This document shows positions 23,036 to 33,561 of a DNA stretch of 64,000 nucleotides, one piece after another. A program made the translations under genes and the position numbers. The stretch's first letter is position 1. The number at the start of each line of letters is the position of its first letter. This stretch comes from Marsupella aquatica (lineage: Eukaryota > Plantae > Marchantiophyta), in the NCBI GenBank assembly GCA_973895155.1, contig OZ316898.1, positions 14,538,330 through 14,602,329 on the forward strand, in the 5' to 3' direction. Under the pieces are notes generated by a model that had not been told where the DNA came from, did no database searches, and was given only the letters and a program-made list of their open reading frames with translations.

Positions 23036-24280
23036 ACAACCTCGGGCAAGAGTGAATGGGTCTGGAGAAGGCAAACCTGGAAAGGGAGGACACGCTCCTC
23101 AACCCCCATGACATGGTCAAAGAGGATGGGTTGGAGATCCACAATGAAATGAGAAGCAAGGGTAGGGGCCACCTATGCCCAACTCCCAAGGAACGTGCAC
23201 GGGGCAATGGAAACAGCCAAGGAAATACCCATGCCACCGTAGGAAGAAGCGGGGGGAAGAAGACAGGGCAACCTGCCTAGCCACAAAAGAACTATCCTCT
23301 TCATCAAGGGCTCTAGGGCTGATAAGGTGTCCAAAGGTCCCCATTACAAAGGTGTTGAAGGATGAGAGCAAGGACAAAAACAAGGGAGTGAGCAGAACTG
23401 TCCGGAGAAGGTATGAAGGGCACCAAATGAAGCACTGGACCAAAATCATGAAGGCAATCTGGACATTGCCAAGTGCCACCAACTGGTCGGTGTGAAGAAC
23501 ATCCTGAGATAATGCCACCTGCAAAAACTCACGGACAAAAGCATCCTTCCCAAATGGGACCCCCAGGACCCAAATGCCCTCCTCACAAAGGGGGCCACCA
23601 AGGGGAGGGGAGAAAGAATCTGGGAGAGGATGCAAAGACCAGATCCAACACTTCCGAGACTGCACCAAAAGGCCAAGGAGTGCCAACTAGTCAACAAAGT
23701 GGAGATAAGCATCTCCAAGGATCGAGATGGGCCCCACCAGATGAGTATCATCAGCAATGGATGGACACATGCACCCGGGAAAGGCAAGTAAAGACGCCCA
23801 AAGAGTACAAAAGTGTGCCATGGCAAACAAAGCCCCACCGATGGGTTCCCCCTATTGAGTACCTGACTCAGAAAGAATCGTCGTGTAAGACCCAGGACTA
23901 AGTCGGTCAAAATAAAACAACAAGGCAGGGGTCCCTTATATAGAAGGCCCGAACAAAGGGAATGAGGGAGGCAATCTCCCCGCTAGCCTCCCACAATTCC
24001 TCAAAAATAGCACGCCAAGAGACAGTGTTGAAAGCATTGGCCACGTCAATTTGGATGACCGCCCAATCAGGATGGATATCCGCAATCAAACGCAGGCCAT
24101 GCACAACACTCTCACATCCACCCCAAACTGATGAGGGGAGAGGTGAGAAGCAAAAGGTGACCGATTCTGAGATCTGAAGACAACAACTGACCATCCAGTA
24201 AAGAATCTCACCAATGGCAAGGGGCCGCACCCCAGAAGGCGTAACACAATGCACCCGGATGAGGATCTTCCCTCCATGAT
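23036..24280 (-). mobile_element. RT-containing 5' half of the CRE-like non-LTR retrotransposon, decayed and 5'-truncated
   Basis: GVRPLAIGE, GGCESVVH, IQIDVANAFNTVS, FADDTHLVG and GIWVLGVPFG. The reading frame continues across the LTR insertion site (LPEVV|QATVL). Confidence 0.8.
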
Positions 24281-24414
24281 TAATGCAAGAAAGTACAGAC
24301 TCTACATAGTGAATAGAATAATATTGCATAGTTTCATGTAATACTTGGAGGAGTTAAATTGTAGACATTATTGACTAAAGTAGCCTCATACACAATGAAT
24401 GAAGTTCTCAATTT

Positions 24415-25560
24415 ACATATTTGGAATGGTTCTGGCCTGTGTTGTTAGGATTTACTCTTAGGTCTAGAGTTACGAATGTACCATAGTTAAAGCTAACCTT
24501 AGTCGCAGACTTGGTTAGGTTAGTCATGCTGTGCATACTCTATAACCAAGCGGTGTTTGCTTGGAGAGGGGGAACTCAGGCTCATTGTTACGGAGCTAGT
24601 TGAGAGATAGAGAGAGCTTGCGCTGTGGATGCTTGGTATGGCCGGTCGGCCTAGAGTGCAGTAAAGCTCGTGTGTGTTCCCATGGACGTATCCTCATGTG
24701 GAGGTGAACCACGTATCTTTCTGTGTCAACTCTTGTGCATTGGATGGTTGATGGGCTTGTCGTTGCGATCGTCGTCTATGCTCAACATGTGTGACCCAAA
24801 TCTGAAATATATTAATATATGCAAATGGATACAAGATATGAAACACTCCCCTCAAATACTTACCCTTCTAGGAGTAAAAGCTGAAAAGCTTCAGTCTTCT
24901 CTCAACTCTCTCTTTCATCCTCCCTGGTTTTAAAACAATTATCACCAACCCAATCACTGGGAAGTGTGGAGCTGCAAATGAATGCTGATTCACCCATCAT
25001 TCCAGGTTAAGAACTTTGGTATATCAACAATAAGTAGTGCTATTTGGGCTAATATAGAGAGTGATATTGGTAATTTTGGTGTAGTATGGTTATACTCCTC
25101 CAATGTTTATGCTGTTTGCTCTTAGCATTGGAGCATTTGTTGCTATCTTTACCTGGAGGAAATTGGATTGTCCTAGGTAACTTTAATATGACAAAAAAAA
25201 TTATATTAGACTTAGTTGCTGGTCACTCATCCTTACTTTCTGGATCTGAACTGGCTGCTTGGCGTGCCTTTAAATGAAGTCTCAATTCACATGATGTATA
25301 CAAGTTAGTAAGTTCCACGTCAGGCTCTAGATACACTTGGAGGAGGGACACTCTCAATGGGGTTTTTCAGTTTAGTCTTGACCTATCTTACTAAGCCATA
25401 TTGGATCTTGGCTGGATCGAATCAGCAGGACCGTCCATTGTCCAGTCACTGTCCAGTATCAATGTCATTTACTAACATCAATCGATCAGTTCTTGGGTCC
25501 CATATTTCAAAGCTAACACATGGGTAATGAGGAAAGATCACAAATATCGCTCTTTTGGAA
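24415..25560 (+). pseudogene. L1-type LINE ORF2 apurinic-endonuclease remnant
   Basis: Fragments WNGSGLCDP, PQILTL, SLPGGNWIVLGNFNM, RYTW and YFKAN in broken frames. Interrupted by the solo LTR. Confidence 0.6.
24443..24787. mobile_element. Solo LTR (345 bp), probably Ty1/copia type
   Basis: TGTT...AACA termini and a perfect 5-bp TSD TGTGT (24438-24442, 24788-24792). The internal GGACGTA...GAACCACGTA motif is typical of many plant copia LTRs. Confidence 0.85.
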
Positions 25561-25777
25561 CAGGCATGGTCAGCAACTCATCGGTGACAATCAAAAACCA
25601 ACAGGTAACCATGGAGACAATAAAGTTATCCGCAATGTGCGTGATTAAGGGCAAATGGTCGTGACTTGTACGTAAATTAAAGGGTGAGTTAACTTAATTG
25701 GAAACTTCAAGTACTCGGGGGCGAGAAATAGGGTGAATCCCATTTTTTGTCCTTCCAACAGTGTCGGGCCCTTCTCA

Positions 25778-25828
25778 CCGCGAGTTAGTGTCAGCCGCGA
25801 GTTAGTGCCAGCCGCGAGTTAGTGCCAG
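25778..25828 (+). repeat. 17-bp tandem repeat x3 (CCGCGAGTTAGTGYCAG) in the Harbinger left end
   Basis: Seen directly. Confidence 0.9.
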
Positions 25829-26397
25829 GGCGTTCTGCTCTTTCCTGCCCAGGCCCATCGTGCCTCCAATGCTGCATCGTGCCTTCCTGCTCAGGCCCGA
25901 CATTGCTCAAGCCCTCCATAGCTTCAAGCTGCTGATCGAGCACTGCCTAGCTCCCTTGCCTCCATTGCTCCACGCTGCATCGTGCCCCTGATTGTGCCTC
26001 CATCGCTGTTGCTCAGGCCCGACATTGCCCAGCCCTCCATAGCTTTGAGCTGCTGAGCACTGCAGCCTAGGTTTGGTTCCTCCATCGCTCCATCCTTGCC
26101 TCCATCACTGTTGCTTTCCAGATTGAACCTGTGCGCGCTGCTGCCTCCGTCGCTCCATCCTCGCCTCCATCCTTGCCTCCATTGCTATTGCATTTCTGCT
26201 TCACTGCTTCACAAATTTCCTGCTTTGTTGTGACCTGCAGTTGCTTTCCAGATCAAGCCTGTCGCTGCTGCCTCCATTGCTCCATCCAGGGCCTCCATTG
26301 CTGCTGCTGCTGTGCTGCTGTGCTGCTTTCCTATTGCTTTGTTGCTTTTCTGCTTCGCAAATTTCCTGCTTTGCTGTTAGCTGCAGCTGCTTCCTAG

Positions 26398-26465
26398 ATC
26401 GAGCTGCTTTCCAAATCGAGCTGCTTTCCAAATCGAGCTACTTTCCAAATCGAGCTGCTTTCCTA
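26398..26465 (+). repeat. Short tandem repeat x4 (ATCGAGCTGCTTTCCAA) in the Harbinger left end
   Basis: Seen directly. Confidence 0.85.
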
Positions 26466-26864
26466 ATCAAGCTGGATGCTTCCCAGGTCAATCTGCTCCC
26501 CTTGCTCAAGCTGCTTCCTAACATCTAGCTTCTTTTGAAGATTGCGAGCTGCATCCAGAAATTGTGAGGTTCTTGCTGAGAGTGGGAGTAGGATTGAGGT
26601 GCCATTGGGGAGAGCTGCACTGCTAATTACAAAGGCAATAGCAAGAATCCAAGGCCGATTTCAACATTTTGAGACAGGTGGGAATTGTTGTGTTATAAGA
26701 AATTTGATTGGAATTTCTCTGGTGCATGAAACTTTAGGGTTGAGGATGCAATTCATTTCTCTCATGCATCATTTTGCTGGCAGAGATCATGTGGTTGAAT
26801 AAGCTGAGCAACACATTGTAATTTTGTACTGCCTATGTGCTCTGTAGGACTGACTACCTGAAAA

Positions 26865-27739
26865 ATGGCTGGGACGAATGATGATTGCCAAGAAATTGAA
26901 AATTGGATGTTTCTAGACCAATGTGCAGGTATCATTTAATTTACTCATGCCTTCCATTTTTGTTTATTTGAGCATGTCCACTTGTACCAATTGTGAGTCT
27001 TCTTCTACAAGCTGTGAGAATTTTAAAATGTGAAGAGAGTCTATTTCTCATACTTGAATTCTTGTATGTTCTTTTATTTATGTGTGCAGATAATGAGTCT
27101 CAATCAGCATCTGAGAAGGCCGACACTGATGTAGATGAAGCAAATGGTTCCCATGCAGATGAAGATGTCCAAAGCTATGGTGATTCTGATGCTGAGGAAA
27201 TGGTACTTCCTGTGAGACCAAAATTGCCAGTTGTATCCAGTAGATCTGTCCTACCAAGCCATATCCAAGATATGAGCAACTCAAAAGTCAACAAGGGCAA
27301 GGCTAAGGTTTGCAGCGGAAAGAAACGAGAGACAGTTGATTCTGTCCACCTAGCATATCTAGGTGCAGCTTATAATGTGTACTTTGAGATTTACAGCACC
27401 AAGATGGCTCAGAAAGGAAGGAAGGTCAGTCAACTTATCCTAGGCAAAGTGTGGACTGATTTGTATGCCTTTTACAAAGCAGAGTATCCACATTCAAAAT
27501 TTGCACTAGAGTCACTAAAGGACCGTCTTCGAGATACACTAAAGGATATACAAACTGGCACCTCCAATGACGGTATAAGTGAGAAGGTTTGAATGCAAAG
27601 TGCTGTTGTCTTGGAGAAAATCATGAAGACTGACCGGCATGCATCTAGGAATCTACTAGGAACCAGGAAGATTTTGATGACAGGGAACACTCAGACTAAT
27701 GTTGTGCCTCCCTTGCCTACTCCAGTTGGTTCTGGTGAT
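26865..27739 (+). pseudogene. Harbinger Myb/SANT(trihelix)-like partner gene, 5' part (exons 26865-26928 and 27090-27739)
   Basis: A GT-AG intron keeps the frame. Motif KVWTDLYAFYKAEYP...ESLKDRLRDTLK. In-frame TGA at 27590. The frame continues at 44726 after the CACTA is removed. Confidence 0.7.
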
Positions 27740-28137
27740 CACTAGTAGAAATACCCCCTATTTTTTACCAAACCACTATTGACTACTATGACAAGGTTAT
27801 GGAAGTTTAGGGTGTTATCACTACATATGTCTTAAGTATCACTTCCACAAAGTTTCCACTCATTTGTTGCGACTCCTTTGCGATGTTGACTTTACCTACT
27901 CTTTTCAATCACTCATTCTTCAAGGTGCAAGGGACATTGTTCATGGTTCAAGGTTGTCCATGCACCTTTGAAGTTGGATGGGGGATACCACTTAATTACA
28001 ACATCCCATCATAAGGAAAATGGCAGGTCCACTATCTAAGCTGATTGTCTTAGTTTAGGGTTCTTATGTGAGTGAGTGCTACTCACCAATTGCCAAACAT
28101 TCAAGCTTTTTATGTGAGAAAGCTTCAAATAGTAGAG

Positions 28138-28270
28138 GTACCCCCTTACATGAGCCCCTTACATGTCACTGGCTGAGTACCTTAGTACTCTCCACCGTTG
28201 TGCAGTACCCCCTTACATGAGCCCCTTACATGTCACTGGCTGAGAACCTTAGTACTCTCCACCCTTGTGC
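28138..28270 (+). repeat. 67-bp tandem duplication in the CACTA 5' region
   Basis: gtacccccttacatgagccccttacatgtcactggctgag... at 28138 and 28205. Confidence 0.9.
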
Positions 28271-30600
28271 GCGGGAGCAAATGTAGGGTCTTCGTCCGCA
28301 AAGAGGGTTTACAAAGGGGAGGGGAGGTGGAGCGAATGAGGCGACTCATTGAGAGGGGCGATCGATAGTCGATCAATCAAGGAGGGAACGAAGGTTTATG
28401 GAGAAACAATGGGATTCTTAGTGTGCAGTGAGTCGGGCTCTCTGTGATTTCAGGGAGGAGGAAGGGTTTGACACCACACTTGAAGCGACCTGACCACATT
28501 CAATCGGGTGCTGGGTGCGTTTGCGAGTGCTCCCTGAAGGCATTGCGGGGGCATTGCGGGAAATTTTAGGGTCGGACGCCAAGTTCGTGGTGCGGGGGTC
28601 CGTCTTCCTCCATTAGCTTTGTAAGTCTTTACCTCTTTGCCTTGCATAGCATTGGGAGATGAGAGGAGAGGAAGTGCTTCTTGCTCTTGCGGTCGAAGAC
28701 TCTCTGTGATTGAAGGGAGGAGGAAGGGTTTAGGGCCACACTTGAAGCGCAACGTGACCACATTCACCCAGGTGCTAAGTGCGTCCATCTTCCGCCATTT
28801 GCTTGTTGGGTTGTTCTTCGGTCAAGAGGAGAACGAGCTAGAACAAAAACGCGCTGCGACATTGGAGCGGGCAACATTGGAAGTGCCGGGTTTAGGGTGT
28901 CAACTTGTTTTCAAGACCGCTGATCTCTGGTGTGGTGTTGGGTGTGGCTGGTGTTCAGGCAGAGGTGAGAGGTCCCGTGCGACGCACTGTGGTGCTTCAT
29001 TGTGCTCTGTTTGTACTCTGTTTGTTCATCTTAACTCTGGAAAATTAATGACAGCAAAAACTATGGTTCATATATAGAAGGTTGTCCCTATTCAAGACCT
29101 CTCTTGCTGAATTCTCACCTCACTCTCTCTCGCCCTCTCTCTCGGTCTCCTCTTCCATCGTGTCTTGCTCTTCCATTGTGTCCACTCTCTGTTGCAAATT
29201 TCTCTCTCTTGCGATCCTCAAGTACGTGTCATCATCTCTCCCTCTCTTATGCATGCCCATCACTATAGCAATCTCATGTCGGGGTCGGCGTCGAACTTGG
29301 ATTTCACTATGGAAATGTAGATGGGATCACAGTATATTGTTGGCACTTTCATTCTGCTTCGGCTTGAATTGCTCTAATCTTATACACTAGTATTCTAGTG
29401 TGTAGAAGTGTTGTGCAGAACTAAGGTGGGGTGCGGGGGGTTTTTCTTGCCTTTGCTGAGCTGTGATTTCAACTCAACGGTCCTGTCCTTAGTCGCTTAG
29501 TGCTTATTTGTGTCTTGCAACAACTTTTCAGACCTGCGCGCCTGCAATGCTTGTACTTTCAGAATCGCAGACTTTAGAGTATACTCTTGTACTGTCAATG
29601 ACTAAATTAGAAGTTATTACGCGCGCCTACATGCTTCACTTGTGTCTTTGGAGGCTTTCGGATTAGAGGTTGCACAAAGCATGGATGTCATAGCCCTAAA
29701 CTTCAAATTTTCCTGCATGCAATTCTACCTCTACATTCATGTTTCGGCAACAGGAAGAACGCAAAGGGAGCAGGTCACTCTTCCATTGACTACTTTGCCA
29801 CTGTATGTATTCAATGTACAGGACATTAGTCAAATGTGATACTCTATAATGTACTCCTCCACAAACAACTAATGAGCCATAGAACTGATGAGCCACACTC
29901 TGTCTGTGGCACTTGCAGATCATTTTTCCACCCGTTCGAGAGCTTTCTCTTTTGCCAAGCTAGGCACAAAGAAATCATTCCAGGGTTTTGTCAACTCCTG
30001 AGGTCTGTAATCACTCAGAGCCCTCTACATTGTCATTGCTTTGTCTTCACTGGTGGTCTCAGGGTCGAGCGTTTGTGCTGCTTATCCTCAAGTATGTACA
30101 GAAATCTCTCCCTCTCTTATGCATGCCCATCACTATAGCAATCTCAGGTCGGGGCCAGGGTCAAGCCAGGATTTCACTATGGAAGTGTAGACTGGATTTG
30201 GGTTATTTGATTGGATTTTATGTATGGGGTGTCGATTGTATTCTACTGGCCTTCTTGCTGTGCTGAGCAATGTCCTACTGTGGACTTTTGAATTCTTCTA
30301 CTGGTTCCCCTTATTTTCGTGGCCCCCAAAATTTATAAAAATTAATGTGTGAAAATGCTAGCCCAACAATTGCCCACCTTTAATGGCAGAAATCGTTCAG
30401 TAATTGCCTGTGTACAATCTCAGAGTCCTAAACTTAAAATTTCCTCCATGCACACAACCCGTCTTGAATTTAGAACTTGAAATTACAGTTTCTCAAATCT
30501 TTGGTATTAATTCATAGTTTTAGTTTCTCATTCTTTGCATGCTTCACTACGTCACTGACTCTGGCCATATATTGTGTTGTTTTCTATCGGGGTAGAAGTC

Positions 30601-31323
30601 ATGGCTCGTCCAAAACGGTCAGCACACAGAGGCGGATCACAGGTGAGGCACGATTCCATGAGTAGACATCATCATTGGTCCAATGCACAAATTCATCAGA
30701 AAGCCGCTCATGTCTGTGCCATTTGTGACGATGGAGGTGACCTGGTCATGTGTGATGGCCCCTGCCTGAGACAATTCCATGTCAATTCCTGGTCCACTTA
30801 TGCACCACAAAATGCATGCCCTGGGGTTGGGCTCCGGGGGGACCATCGGGGTGCTTGGACTTGCTTTGATTGTGCCACTAATATCAGCAAGTGTGCTCAA
30901 TGTGGCACAAACGGCACTGTTGAGGGGGATCAACCAGAGCTGCGGAAATGTCCTGACAGGTTTTGTGTTCGTTTTTTTTGTTTGACATGCCTGCCCCATG
31001 ATAACTCCCTTTGCCCACTACATATTTGTCCTGCTTGTGGGGAGCCTGATGATGACTACTGGATAGACATGGTCCATTGTCCCAGATGTCCCACAGCCTG
31101 GCACCATGAGTGTTTACTAGCCCTTCAGGCAGAAGGGTATGCATGTGACCGCCATATTTATTCCCACTCTGCACACGGGGTTGATAGGTGGTTTTTGTAT
31201 TGCCACCTCCATACGATTGACCCTCATTTGCAGACCCCTACGAGAGACCACTTGACTTGGCTATTGCTGGATGACACCTCCAGCGCCAGCAACAAAACAA
31301 GTGGATCAGCACCAACAGGCTGA
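30601..31323 (+). CDS. Stand-alone multi-PHD-finger protein, EDM2/NSD-like (240 aa), CACTA cargo
   Basis: VCAICDDGGDLVMCDGPCLRQFH...C..VG...WTCFDC....KCAQC...LRKC....C.RFF...C...CPLHICPAC...MVHCPRCPTAWHHECL follows the cysteine spacing of the EDM2 composite PHD region. The ORF is intact and intronless with a basic N-terminus. Confidence 0.85.
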   Translation: MARPKRSAHRGGSQVRHDSMSRHHHWSNAQIHQKAAHVCAICDDGGDLVMCDGPCLRQFHVNSWSTYAPQNACPGVGLRGDHRGAWTCFDCATNISKCAQCGTNGTVEGDQPELRKCPDRFCVRFFCLTCLPHDNSLCPLHICPACGEPDDDYWIDMVHCPRCPTAWHHECLLALQAEGYACDRHIYSHSAHGVDRWFLYCHLHTIDPHLQTPTRDHLTWLLLDDTSSASNKTSGSAPTG

Positions 31324-32226
31324 GCTAAATGAATCCAACATTGCACATCTCACATTTTGGACTTTTTAATGAAGTGGGCACCTCACTGCGCTGTCAACCA
31401 TAGCTCAGACACACCCCGCTACAGTGAGCTATCGATCGACTTTGTGACTGCATAGTAAATTTGGATCTTGCTTTTTCAGTTCAGCCATACATGGTTCTGT
31501 CCTTATACTTTCGTACACGATGACACCTCCAAAACTAACTAAGTTAACTTATTTTTTGAAGACTGATTAAGTTAATTGCAATTTCAAAGTTAGGGCCTGC
31601 ACAAGGATGTCTGTGTTTTTTCCACTTTGAGTGAATCATGTGTATGGCAAGAGACCATAACTGTGAAAGACTAAAGATTCCAAGCAGACTGTTGCCTGGA
31701 GTAAAACAACATGCATGCATTGGAGTATGAAAATACATATATAGCTCAAATTATGTATTTGTTTCTGCTCTTAACAAAGGTCATCTTAAGTCGTGTGCCT
31801 GACCCATACATTTGTACAATTACAGATGTGACTGGAAATTGGGCAGTTGAATGATATCATTCTCAGTCCCCACCACTGTCACGTAAGATACAGGTATTCG
31901 AATGTGAATTTAGGCTATATGGAGACAAGACAATATAAAGGGCCACATGTATGCTATGTGTATATTGAAGTAGGCTGTCGCTCTACTTTCATCAATGTAA
32001 TTACATGAACACATGGTGAAAATAATTTGACTGAAGAGTATATGGTTTGTCCTATAACTCCGTGCTGGGATTTACTGCATGTATTGACTTTCGATCTTGT
32101 CATGTGTGCCACAATCAGGGAGCTAGAGTGCACTTTGTGTCATCAGAGAGCATTGGGCTGAAGCATTGAGGGACAGGCAACGCGGGCACTGGTATTTCTC
32201 TATTGGCTTTTATTACAGGAGGCATC

Positions 32227-33153
32227 ATGCCTTCCAAACGGAAGCGTGAACTTGTCCCCCTTCCAACTTCCCAGTGTGCTCCCATCTTCCAAGGGGTCAG
32301 AGTCTTTTTTGTCCCAGGTATTCAGAGTGCAAGATTGGATATCCTTAGGAGAAAACTCATTGAGTGTCACGGTACAGAGACACAATCTCAACTACAGGAC
32401 ACTGAAGTCACCCATATTATTGCAGAAACATGGGAACATTGTCTGAAAATGGCATCTTGGTCGGTTTTCTATGACAAAGTCTTCTTGAGGCATGTCAAAA
32501 TACTTTCAGCAGAATGGATGTCTGACTCCCTTAGAAAAGGGAGTGTCCAAGATCCTGATGATTACAATTTGTTTGAGAGCAAGTACAATAGCGTCCAAAT
32601 GATGAAAGACAGTCGAGATTGGCACAAGGCTCGTAGAATTGCAGGGAGAGGTGGGAGTAGGGTTCCGTCTATTGACCAGATCACAAAAGTATACAACAAC
32701 ATTATCCCATATGAGACAGAACCCATCCCAGACCGTACCATGTTCAGAGGTGTGAGGGCTGTTATACTTGACAAGTCTATCAAGCCATATAGGGTCTGTC
32801 GTTTCAAGAGGGAGATCAGTAGAAGAGGTGGTACAATGATTGAGAAGCTCACTAATGAGACCACCCAACTCATTGCTCATTCATATTCTAAGGCATGCCG
32901 AGAGTATGGAAAGTCCATAGTACGATGGCTCATCACACATGGGCTGCGTGTGGTCTGCCCTGAATGGGTCAGGCAATCATTTTCAACAAATATGCGATTA
33001 AATGAGCATAAATATGATTTATATGAAATATGGCCAGCAAAGCCATTCATTCCCTATGACGACCCAGAATATGTTACTTCTGAGTTCCAAACCACGGATG
33101 AAGAGTTTTCTGATAGTGCGTATGATTCTGTTAGCCCTAATGATTATGAATAA
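32227..33153 (+). CDS. Tandem BRCT-domain protein (308 aa), resembling the DNA polymerase lambda BRCT, CACTA cargo
   Basis: Two repeats: IFQGVRVFFV..IQSARLDILRRKL...VTHIIA...AEWMSDSLRKG...DDYNL and MFRGVRAVIL...RRGG...TTQLIA...PEWVRQSF...HKYDL. NLS-like MPSKRKR and an acidic tail. No polymerase domain. Confidence 0.85.
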   Translation: MPSKRKRELVPLPTSQCAPIFQGVRVFFVPGIQSARLDILRRKLIECHGTETQSQLQDTEVTHIIAETWEHCLKMASWSVFYDKVFLRHVKILSAEWMSDSLRKGSVQDPDDYNLFESKYNSVQMMKDSRDWHKARRIAGRGGSRVPSIDQITKVYNNIIPYETEPIPDRTMFRGVRAVILDKSIKPYRVCRFKREISRRGGTMIEKLTNETTQLIAHSYSKACREYGKSIVRWLITHGLRVVCPEWVRQSFSTNMRLNEHKYDLYEIWPAKPFIPYDDPEYVTSEFQTTDEEFSDSAYDSVSPNDYE

Positions 33154-33561
33154 GGTCTCAACTGTCTGTATGCTAGACGGTTACATTTTTGAAGTAAACT
33201 TTTGTGTGTTATTTTTTGTCTACAAGACATTACTCCTTTTCATCCTCCAAATGTCTTGGTTTTGCATATGGAGATGTATGGCAGTGTATGATGTACGTTG
33301 TACCATTGACTGGTCAACGACCAAGCACTTCACTGATTATAGCAAGTCTGTTATGATGTTGCTGCCTGCAGTGAGCAGATGATACGTGAGCAGGTCGGAC
33401 GCCAGCACAGAGCGGACTTGATAGTGAGTGTGTTTAGCGTCTATGATATTTCCTTCATGAAACTTGCATGTGTCCCCTCCATGTACTTAGAATATGCAAT
33501 TGTATAAGCCCGTCTAGTGCAAAGGGTACATAGCCAAGGGGTGCCTACGATAGCTGAAGGT

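Noticed and set aside
26131-26802. Cys/Leu-rich ORFs
   Set aside because: They arise from GCT/CCT low-complexity repeats in the Harbinger 5' region.
28450-30266. Additional CACTA cargo ORFs
   Set aside because: These are short, mostly non-ATG ORFs over duplicated leader-like sequence with no protein motifs.
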